DNA of 8,457 nucleotides, taken from assembly GCA_905250055.1 (NCBI GenBank), contig CAJNOF010000082.1, positions 217,991 through 226,447 of the forward strand. The letters run 5' to 3'. The stretch comes from Rotaria sp. (taxonomy: Eukaryota). The notes beneath the pieces were generated by a model. It saw nothing but the letters and a program-made list of their open reading frames with translations. It was not told the DNA's origin and searched no databases. The first letter of the stretch is position 1; each line of letters begins with the position of its first letter. A program made the translations under genes and the position numbers. Below, in pieces: positions 1 to 8,427 of the stretch.

Positions 1-3000
1 GCTCTAAAAATATGTAGTTTATGAGTCTTTTTATATTAGAAAATGTAGAAAGAAATCAAAACAGTAATCAATTATATTTTCAGAACTATTCAATAAACAT
101 GAGTTTTGTCATTTAGGTGTTTCTGAAAAATTTTATAGACGATCTCTTTTAGTTTTTTTTTAACAAATAGAAATACCACAATAAGGCTATTCTTATGTTC
201 TTTTGAAATATCCTAGTTTTGTTGGAGAGAATCTCTTGCTATCTTGAAATTAATAAGCGAATGATAATTGCAAGTCATATTACGAGTTACAGTAAGGTTT
301 TTTTCTTTTCACTTAGATAATATCCTATCAATTGTTTTTCTTGCACCATGGTCACTTTCGCCTACTTTCATCTTTATTTTTAGCATAGATAATTTTCTTT
401 GTGAATCAATAATTGATTTTTTGGCAAAGTTCAAATGGATCTAATGATTTGCTTATTCCTTTCTTGAGTTGATCTAATCATCTCAAACAACAAAAGATAC
501 TGAGTCTTCAATAAACATACATAAGTTGTTGATTAGTCGAATTCAAGATAAATATATTTTAACCAATGTACTATTTAATTACGAACTTATTTATTATTAA
601 CGTTTTTTCACGATATGTGTTGGTCTGATAGCGAATAAGGAGATGATGAATACCTATACTCACACTCTTCTTTCGAGTACAATATTTGATTCTAAACTTT
701 TCAGAAAATATCGCCTAAGCATTTCATATGATTGTTCCCTAGGTCAAAGATTATAGTTAGAAGTGACGATCACTGTTCAAAGATTCAATGAATTTAATGA
801 AATTGATAGTGTAAATGGTCTGAATTAAGTATTACATATATAACAAGGTGTTGACTAAGTTAAAAAGTCTTTCCTTTCTCGAATTATAAGATCTACAAGT
901 AGCAAGACTTCAACTTATTATAACTCTATTCTAAGTCGAACAATTTTTAAATGTGTGACATGAATGATTATCACTCATTGTAGAGTACATCCACACAAAA
1001 TTTCTGCTGTGTAACTCTTCTATAATGACTGTAGCTCGAGAGAAAGATCGAAGCTTTTTGGCAAGTACCTTAGAGTGTTTATTATTACTCAACTTGTCAA
1101 ATTCGATTCAAGAAACCTATGTATATATTTCATTAATAACAATCTTATTTATACCTTTGAGAACTTTATAGTATCTGTAATGCTTATTAAAGAAAAAGCA
1201 ATTAAATACGAATTTAATGTTATTATTATTCTATAAAGCTTTATGAAATTTTTTTCTCATATTTATTCATCTATGAAAAAAGTGAAAGAGCGATTATCAG
1301 TTTAATATGAATAGTTCATTGTGTTTGCAAGTTCAACACTCATTTTTTTTACTTCATTTCGACATTATTACACAAACCGTTCACTTCGATACTTGATAAC
1401 TATCATTCGTCCTCGAGAAGCAAGATAAAAAAAGATACGTATTTGATTATTGCATAATATGATTATGAAATACAAAGTACAACGTAAGCTAATAGAACCA
1501 AAGATTCATCATATTTCGATGGCGTAGCATTCATTTATTGAAGCATAAAAGTATTTTTGTTAATCTTTCGTAATCATTTTTTTCTTTTTAAATATATCCA
1601 ACTATCTTGCTTGTATTAATACGTAAGTATAAATAATACTTCGTTTTCTTTTTCTTGTGTTTATCTCTATTTATCATTATTACTTTAATATTTTTTTGTA
1701 ATAATATATTGAAAATTTTATTAAACTTGTCTCTTCGAGATCAATCAACTTTTGAAAATTTAATGAAAAAGTGTCTACTTAAAATGATTGATATTTTATA
1801 TATCCTCTTGACACATGGACGACATTTACTCATATGAGTTAGTAAAATAAAGATAAAACCAAGAATGATTATTATGATAAAACGGAATAAAAAAAAGAGA
1901 TTTAAATCATAGTTATGTGAGCAAAATTGTAAAAATACGTTCTATTTTCAATGAATAAACTATGTAACTTTGAAAAGTATTTTAGATGGCTCTATACGAA
2001 TTAGTGTTGTAATTGACGATGTTTAATTAGAACTTTTATTAAAATATGCGTCTGTTCTGAATTTTTCAAAAGGAATTTTGCATCTGATCTTATTTATAAA
2101 TGTAGGCGATCTCTAGATGGATATGATAATAGGTTTTTTCTTATCGAAAACACGCAGCTAGAGAAAGTAGCTAAATGCCGAAAATTGTAGATTCTTGGTG
2201 AAAACCTTTTTCTAAAATTTTTCACAATAGAACGTAATTTCATACACAAGCACACAGCACAACAATGAGAGTGAAAACGAATTCTATGACTAAAAAAGGA
2301 TTTGGATTTTCTGGATTCTGCTTTTCGATATTGAGACACTAAACCTCCAGGTGTGTACACCAGTCGTATACGTTCATACTTCATTTTGATATGTATAAAA
2401 ACTTCACTTAATAACAATATTGAATGGATGTCTGCACGCAGTAAAAATTCAACATTGAATAATTAGTTATGTAAATAAACTAATTCCTATGATTGATCAT
2501 CATTTGAAATCTATGAATAATTACCTTATGAAATTTTAATTGTATGTGAAAACGGAATCGTTTTCGGATTCATATGACTCTATGAGCTTGTTATGATACA
2601 AAGCACATGTACTTTTTTTTAATACGAAGTCATAAAGCAAAGGAAAAAATATTCAACAAAGATATATAGTAGCTCGTTAGTAAAGTTGTTTCCTTCTACT
2701 CTGTAGGAACCAAGGTTGAGTCTCATCTCAATTGTTTTATTGAAAAGCTTAAAGTCGTGTTGAATGAAAATAAATAGATGATATAATAACAACAATGCAT
2801 CAATACCGAAACAGGGTATTTATATATGTTTGCGAAATTAATTGAAATTAATGATCACTAACAGTAAATATCGAATACAAATAAGATTCTGCACCAAGAG
2901 GAAAACATGACATAACTTATTTATTAATGAATTTTATTTTATTTTTCAAATTTATTGGAACTATTATTATCTTAAAATACAAAAGAAACTAAAAATAAAA

Positions 3001-3228
3001 AGAAGTACTATCGAATACATATAATCGACATTTTATTATACAATGCGACACATTTTCTATTCATCATTTTTATTGCAACATGTTTTATATTTACTAGTTC
3101 AATATTATACGTTTCTATTGTATAGTATTGGATAGGGGCATAACCAGAAGATCATGGGGTGATGGGCCAGTACACGATAGCATTGGAGGAAACTCATAAA
3201 GTTAAATGTCAATGACGGTAATTATTAC

Positions 3229-3239
3229 TTTTTTTTTTT
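3229..3239. repeat. T11 homopolymer splitting a relatively G+C-rich island
   Basis: Read directly: attattac + T11 + cttgtgg. Confidence 0.9.
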
Positions 3240-4260
3240 CTTGTGGTAGCATCGAGTAGCATCTCGCTTAGTCAACTCGTGGTTACACATCTATGATCCT
3301 AAATATTCCTCAGAAGTAAATAACAAAAAATTCTTGGTAGAATGAGAGCAGATTTTAAGAATTATAAAAATTTCGTTTTTGAAAAACAAAATATATAAAT
3401 AATGTATTTGAGTTAAACGTGAGATGATGAAAATTTTCGTTTTTAGAACCGATAAATCAACTAAAATATTGAATCTGTTAAATAAAGTTCCAATAAAGTA
3501 CTAATTGTATTAATAAAAGGAAAGAAATGCTTGATTTCATTTTCTCTTCTTTTGCATTTTATAAGAAAAAAATGTCATAACTTAGTAATCTGTCGTTTGT
3601 TTTCACCTGATAAAATATGTCATTTAAAAAATAACGATGAACAGTGAAGAACTTCTTCGTTTCTCATCAAATATAATGCATCTTGATTTGTGATTAATGT
3701 TGTAAATGAGTTTATAACAGTTATGAATTACTAGAATTAAAAAATTATTCTTAGATCGAAAAATAATCCAAGAATGATTCCTTTTGATATTGCTGTGCCT
3801 AATTTCACATTATTAATTAGTATACTTATTTAAATTCATTGAAGTTTTCTATTGCACACTATTCTAATATAATATAAAAATGTATATTGAATCTTCCTAT
3901 TTTTAATAATGCCATTTTAAGTTCTATAAACAGAAATTAAGTTGTCATACATATTAACGTAAAATTTTCTTTTTTTATGTTTATGAAATAGCACGATTTT
4001 TACAAAACATAATAATACTAAACAAAGAACTGTTTTATAGGTTTTTTTTCTTTAAGAAGATCTACAGTTTTAGAAAAAGGAGAGCAGTCTAATATAGATG
4101 CTATTGTAGAAAATATTAGCAATAGAATGTATTTCGAAATTAGTTTATATATTTTTTCTTATAAGGTACTGATATATGTTCAGGTATAATAAACATTTTG
4201 ATTTTCTACTTAAGTTATACCAGTCTATCACATAATGTCTGAATTTGATACACTTTATTT

Positions 4261-4441
4261 ATTACGTTAAAAGTGATCATTACGTTATTTCGATGTTCGA
4301 CGTCATAAATACATGTTTGGTTTATGATCGTTTACTTATTACTCTATAGTAAATGATCATCATGTAATACTGTGCCGTGACGTCTTTATGAAGGAAGAGT
4401 AAAATAATTCGCGAGTCAACGAGAGAAAATATATGACGTTT
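4261..4441. promoter_or_regulatory. Cluster of CpG-containing bZIP/CRE-like motifs about 480-660 bp upstream of the GT13-like ATG; candidate promoter or enhancer
   Basis: There are three TGACGT-type sites: CGACGTCA at 4298-4305, TGACGTCT at 4378-4385 and TGACGTTT at 4434-4441. The first two each match the CRE consensus TGACGTCA at 7 of 8 positions. ATTACGTTA occurs twice (4261-4269, 4279-4287). The palindrome TGATCAT occurs twice (4274-4280, 4354-4360). The function is inferred only. Confidence 0.3.
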
Positions 4442-4489
4442 CACGAATAGCAGAAAGAATAGAAAAATATTGGCGGCTTGATGTTATAG

Positions 4490-4519
4490 TTTTTTTTTTT
4501 TCTTTCTTTCTTTCCTTTG
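4490..4519. repeat. T12 homopolymer followed by a (CTTT)n-like polypyrimidine microsatellite
   Basis: Read directly: T-run at 4490-4501, then ctttctttctttcctttg at 4502-4519. Confidence 0.9.
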
Positions 4520-4720
4520 TTCATGATAATCAGATGTATCATTTTGCTATAGTTGCAGATGTTTCGGTCTATCGTCTATAATACTTACATAGCTGTGTGT
4601 TTTGATGAATTAATTCCAAACTATTGCATTGAGGTTAGTCATATATTTTAGTCTGAGTCATATTCTTTTTTTTTCTCTGAATAAAAGTGCACATGACACT
4701 TACGCATTCTTATCAATTAT

Positions 4721-4732
4721 CGATGCGCATCG
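4721..4732. promoter_or_regulatory. Perfect 12-bp palindrome CGATGCGCATCG with an overlapping DRE-like TATCGAT, about 190 bp upstream of the GT13-like ATG
   Basis: CGATGCGCATCG is its own reverse complement. It is G+C- and CpG-rich within very AT-rich flanks. The preceding bases give TATCGATG, a 7 of 8 match to the Drosophila DRE TATCGATA. A regulatory role is inference. Confidence 0.25.
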
Positions 4733-4747
4733 TCGTTTTCTATTACC

Positions 4748-4764
4748 AAAAAAAAAAAAAAAAA
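4748..4764. repeat. A17 homopolymer
   Basis: Read directly: tattacc + 17 A + tgtaac. Confidence 0.9.
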
Positions 4765-4791
4765 TGTAACCTATCGTTGTCGTTCTGTCGC

Positions 4792-4801
4792 TTTTTTTTT
4801 T
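4792..4801. repeat. T10 homopolymer
   Basis: Read directly: gtcgc + T10 + ctttgc. Confidence 0.9.
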
Positions 4802-4922
4802 CTTTGCATTCTTGTTTTGCGATAGTATGCCAACATCTTTACTTTCACTCCATACGACTGTTTTTTTATAAGGAGAAAAAAAAGAAGTTGGAGATTTTTG
4901 ATGTTTGTTTTAGTTAAATAGA

Positions 4923-5255
4923 ATGAAATATTGTAGTGGTACTTGTACAAAATTATTTAACATAATCAAATCAAGTATATTGTTCTTTCGACATCATGGT
5001 TTTTTAATTATACGTTTTTTAATATTATTTATCTTCTGTTTACTATTACTCTATTTTTCATCTATTCATTATTATTCATTCTATTGTACAAATCGATTTC
5101 AACAAAGTTTAATTCAAGCTAATAAACGTAATTTATGGAATACAATAAATGGTGTAAGAAATCAATTTATGCCAATATTAATGCCAGTTTGTGATCGACC
5201 ACATTATTTAAAAAGAGTTTTAGATGGTTTAACTAGAGTTGATGGAATAAATGAG
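4923..5255 (+). CDS. GT13-family glycosyltransferase (GnT-I/MGAT1 and POMGNT1-like), exon 1: short cytoplasmic tail, signal-anchor TM and start of the catalytic domain
   Basis: The ATG at 4923 is the first in-frame ATG after an in-frame TAG (4911-4913) and has A at -3. A hydrophobic stretch GFLIIRFLILFIFCLLLLYFSSI (about 4998-5066) fits a Golgi type II signal anchor. The segment FMPILMPVCDRPHYLKRVLDGL resembles, from memory, human MGAT1 IPILVIACDRSTVRRCLDKL and POMGNT1 ACNRPHYLYRML. The exon ends at GAG|gtaaaa (donor GT at 5256-5257), phase 0. Confidence 0.8.
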
Positions 5256-5696
5256 GTAAAAATGATTGATGAATATTTATATTAAATGAAAATTACTTAC
5301 AAGAGAACAACTCCAATTGACACTAGATATTTGAACTTATATTAAATCTACAGACAGATACCAATAAGATTAGCCATAAGTTTAAAAAGGTTTGTTTTCA
5401 TTGACACCAGATTATTTTCACTTTACTATATATTTGATCCATTTTTAAATACTCTTCGGAAGATCGAATAACGATATTTTGATCTAAAGTTTTATCTATT
5501 GATAGATATAATAACTGTTAGAATATCCTAAAAGGCTCAACCGAACAGACTGTTCCTTCATCAAGATATTGAATTTCTAAACATAGTTCATTATCATCAC
5601 AGATGAATTCAAACGGCAGATGTCGCTTGAGATAGTAGTTTCCTTGTTAGTATATTTGAATTCTTAATTTTCACAGATTTATTTTTCTATATTTAG
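5256..5696 (+). other. Intron of the GT13-like gene (441 nt, GT...AG, phase 0)
   Basis: The donor is gag|GTAAAA at 5256. The acceptor is atttatttttctatatttAG|aca, with AG at 5695-5696. The downstream reading frame has an in-frame TAG at 5694-5696 (overlapping the acceptor AG), so exon 2 cannot begin before 5697. Joining 5255 to 5697 gives ...RVDGINE-TVVIISQDC..., colinear with MGAT1 ...PSAELFPIIVSQDC... with no gap. Confidence 0.75.
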
Positions 5697-6359
5697 ACAG
5701 TTGTCATTATTTCTCAAGATTGTGCATTATCATCGATTACATCTACACTATCATCTATATCATCACATATTCGTATACTTATTCTTCCACATACTCCTCC
5801 ATATTTTTCTTTACCACGTTATGTTGATACTAATGAATATGCTACATCTGCTAATGTTAAATTTTTATTAGAATTTGCATTTGAATATATGTTAGCTGAT
5901 GGAGCCATTCTTCTTGAATCTGATCTAATACCATCTGTTGATTTTTATCGTTATCATCAATGGACATATAAAAAACTATTAAATATAAATAATTCGAAAA
6001 TTCTTTCTATTCATTCTTTTAATCTTTATTCAACTAATTTATCTGATCCATATACATTATTTTCTCGAGGTTTTGATTCTTGGGGTTGGTCAACAGCAAG
6101 AACAAGATGGTCATGGTTTAAAAATCAATGGACTAAATATAAAAATTGGGATAGTATTGTAAGTCGACGAGCTAAACAAGATAAATGGATATGTTTAATA
6201 CCAAAATTAAGTCGAACAAGAATGATTGGTTTAAAAGGAATTAATGTGAATGTTTATAAGGAATCAGAAAAGAAACAATTTGAAGAAAATATGTATATGA
6301 GTGATAAAATAATTGAATATAATGAAAAACAACCAAATATTGTATCTTCTTCAATATAA
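5697..6359 (+). CDS. GT13-family glycosyltransferase, exon 2: remainder of the catalytic domain, to TAA at 6357-6359
   Basis: The translation carries blocks colinear with MGAT1. VIISQDC matches IIVSQDC. ILLESDLIPSVDFYRY matches VVVEDDLEVAPDFFEYF (the DxD region). WGWSTARTRWSWFKNQW matches LGWLLLAELWAELEPKW. WDSIVSRRAKQDKWICLIPKLSRTRMIGLKGINVN matches [33 protein letters not shown]. The track ORF 5889..6359 is only the part after an internal Met; the frame is open from 5697. Confidence 0.8.
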   Translation, partial: TVVIISQDCALSSITSTLSSISSHIRILILPHTPPYFSLPRYVDTNEYATSANVKFLLEFAFEYMLADGAILLESDLIPSVDFYRYHQWTYKKLLNINNSKILSIHSFNLYSTNLSDPYTLFSRGFDSWGWSTARTRWSWFKNQWTKYKNWDSIVSRRAKQDKWICLIPKLSRTRMIGLKGINVNVYKESEKKQFEENMYMSDKIIEYNEKQPNIVSSSI

Positions 6360-6521
6360 AATCATATTGATAATGATTTTATTTTATAATTGAAAATGTA
6401 TGAATTATAATCGTTATGAAATGAAGATTCTATTAACATAGTCTTTCATTCAATGTTGATAATTTTGACTATTAATTTTCAGTTCAAAATATTTTATGAA
6501 ATATGATCAAAGAGAATTGTT

Positions 6522-6527
6522 AATAAA
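6522..6527 (+). terminator. Candidate poly(A) signal AATAAA for the GT13-like gene
   Basis: This is the first AATAAA I located by eye, about 165 nt downstream of the TAA at 6357-6359. AATAAA is frequent by chance in DNA this AT-rich, so support is weak. Confidence 0.25.
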
Positions 6528-7406
6528 AGTATAAATTATATATCTATCAATGAACCTTCAATAATTTGATTAAAAAAAAAGAAAATTTAGTATCTTATGA
6601 TCTCTTAGTCTTGATAATACAAGTCATTGTTGAAACTATTTTTTTATATAAAAATTTTCATTCGTTTTTTTTTTATTGTTGTGAAATTCCTTGTGCAATG
6701 AATTGAATTTTAATTAAAACGATTTATCAATATTTAATTCTTGTTCTTAAAATAAATGAAAAAGTGTAATCCTAAAGTGAAAATTCTTAAGTTGCTTTAC
6801 AATAAGATTCAGCAATTAAGTAATCAAAAAACAATTTAGATCGATATTTGTTTACAGTGAAATGAATATCGAGTAGTTATTTTGCCCGAACTGTATTAGT
6901 TCTTATGATGTAAGCCTCGTTATTATAAGAATCTATTTCTTGTATGGAAATCAATGTTAATAGAACCGAAATATGCATGTAAAATAACGAGAGTCTATGA
7001 AGCACTATCAATATTTATTGTACATTATGTTCATATTAAGTCTTATTACATTTTTATCAGTATCAAACATTACATTATAATAATGAAATAAAAATCTAGC
7101 ATTATTAACATCTCATATAAATTTATTTCGTTTCAATTATATGAGCTTCTTGTGAAAAAGATGCAGAAAGTGTTACAAATCGATATTCGTTTTAATCTTC
7201 TATTTACTTCATTACTAATCACTAGTATATGATAAGAGAAAAACAACACGACTAAATATACGAGATTTTGTTTTTTTTTCATTGAGTCTAAAAATATCAT
7301 CCTTTTTGTCTTTCTACGATTAACGAAAAAAAATATTGTGTACACATGCAATAATCTACGCAAAAGTTATTTTTTGTTATTGTCGAAGTTCATTTCTTAC
7401 AAAAGA

Positions 7407-8422
7407 ATGATATTATCAACATCACAAAAAACACTGCAAAATGTGGTAAAGCATCTGGATGTTTTACATGTCGAGGTTGTCAAAACGATTTTTGTAATCG
7501 ACATGTTGTCGAACATCAACAAGAAATAAGAAAACAATTGAATGATTTAACTGTTGATCATGATCATTTTCGACAAAGTCTAACTGAACAAACACAACAA
7601 CCACAATATTATTCTTATATAAAACAGATCGATGAATGGGGGCAAGAGTCTATTAATAAAATTCATCATGCGGCTAATGATGCTCGACAACACATACAAA
7701 ATCTGATTAATCAACATATAGCTGAATTGAATGAAGATTTAAGTAAAATTACATTAGAATTACATAAAGCTCGTGAAGATGATGATTTTTATGAAATACA
7801 TTTAAAAAATTGGATGGAAAAGCTTAATAAATTGAAAAATGATTTTGCTCAAGCAGCAAATATCAGCATTAGACAAGAAAAAAGTAATATTATTTCATTT
7901 ATGCCGAACATTTTGCTATCAAAGTCGTCAAAAGAAATCTTTGAACAATCAATTGGCAATATTAGAATTGAAGATAATGGTCAAGTTATTGTCAAAGACC
8001 AATTTAATGGCGATGCAACTGTACGTGGCAATGGTGAATATGTTTCAGGAAAACATCGATTTCGATTTAAGATTGAGGTAAATGGTACGAACAAGTGGTT
8101 ATTTATTGGAGTTGCATGCAAAAATGTGCCTATACGAGAGGTATCCTATTGCAACAAATCTAGCTATGGTTGGTGTGGAGGTGATCGAGTCTTGATCAAT
8201 GGGATTTACCACTCTAGATTTAATGGCTACAATGGTGATATAGAAACTAATGATATAGTAGAATTATTAATTGATTGTGATCAACAAATAATACAGTTAA
8301 CCAATGAACGAACACATAGTATATATACACTTGAAGTTGATACGAATAAATGTCAATTTCCATGGCAAGTTAATTTCAATCTTTATTTTGCCAAGGATCG
8401 TGTTACTATTCTTCAAGTTTAA
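7407..8422 (+). CDS. TRIM-like protein without RING: B-box-like Cys/His zinc finger, coiled coil and SPRY domain. The 5' end is unresolved (possible frameshift or pseudogene).
   Basis: One continuous open frame runs 7355..8419 and ends at TAA 8420-8422. The track start at 7538 is a TTG, not an ATG. The zinc-ligand pattern C-x5-C-x2-C-x2-C-x4-C-x2-H-x3-H (CGKASGCFTCRGCQNDFCNRHVVEH) lies at 7442-7516. A charged, heptad-like helical segment spans about 7625-7850 (QESINKIHHAANDARQHIQNLINQHIAELNEDLSKITLELHKARE...MEKLNKLKNDF). The C-terminal ~160 aa (about 7940-8419) show SPRY hallmarks: SGKHRFRFKIE, KWLFIGVA, SSYGWCGGD, NDIVELLIDCDQQIIQLTNE. The ATG at 7407 is in a different frame from this body (see findings). 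Confidence 0.8.
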
Positions 8423-8427
8423 ATAAA
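8422..8427 (+). terminator. Candidate poly(A) signal AATAAA overlapping the stop codon of the SPRY gene
   Basis: In gtttAAATAAAtag, AATAAA lies at 8422-8427 directly after and overlapping TAA 8420-8422. The window ends 30 nt later, so the cleavage site is not visible. Confidence 0.25.

Noticed and set aside
89-518. Repeated 12-mer TTCAATAAACAT (89-100, 507-518) and TGAGTCTT (22-29, 501-508)
   Set aside because: A rough estimate for this composition and length predicts about ten exact 12-mer repeats by chance. The flanks do not extend the match.
1655-1837. 60-aa + strand ORF (MCLSLFIIITLIFF...)
   Set aside because: It starts at TTG, not ATG. The peptide is low-complexity Ile/Leu/Phe/Asn, as expected from translating AT-rich DNA, and has no recognisable motif.
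2548-2565. Hairpin GAAAACG-GAAT-CGTTTTC
   Set aside because: A 7-bp stem with a 4-nt loop is not unexpected by chance in 8.4 kb. No T-run terminator or flanking gene context gives it meaning in a eukaryotic locus.
2668-2740. Functional tRNA gene
   Set aside because: The A-box and B-box-like strings are present but no cloverleaf stems can be formed. No other GGTTCGA-type T-loop was seen on either strand of the window.
3150-3185. 5S rRNA-like strings (atggggtgatgggccagtac)
   Set aside because: There is superficial similarity to the 5S segments GGGCC..GTAC and GGATGGGTGA. They occur in the wrong order and the rest of 5S is absent.
4870-4875. Shine-Dalgarno-like AAGGAG upstream of the ATG at 4923
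   Set aside because: It lies about 48 nt from the ATG, too far to act as an SD. The locus is eukaryotic (intron, type II Golgi enzyme, SPRY protein), so an SD is irrelevant.
4687-4917. 76-aa + strand ORF upstream of the GT13-like gene
   Set aside because: It starts at GTG. It is translated straight through the A17 and T10 homopolymers (KKKKK, FFF) and has no domain. It is more plausibly promoter or 5' leader sequence.
7133-7363. 76-aa minus-strand ORF upstream of the SPRY gene
   Set aside because: It has no recognisable motif, is rich in Phe/Lys/Asn from AT-rich sequence, and crosses T9 and A8 runs. It lies in the probable promoter region of gene 2.
7338-7529. 63-aa + strand ORF overlapping the zinc-finger region
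   Set aside because: It is the out-of-frame reading of the Cys/His finger. Only its internal ATG (7407) matters, as the possible true start displaced by a 1-nt frame difference.
7839-8081. 80-aa + strand ORF nested in the SPRY gene in another frame
   Set aside because: It lies entirely inside a frame with clear coiled-coil and SPRY sequence, and its own translation has no motif.
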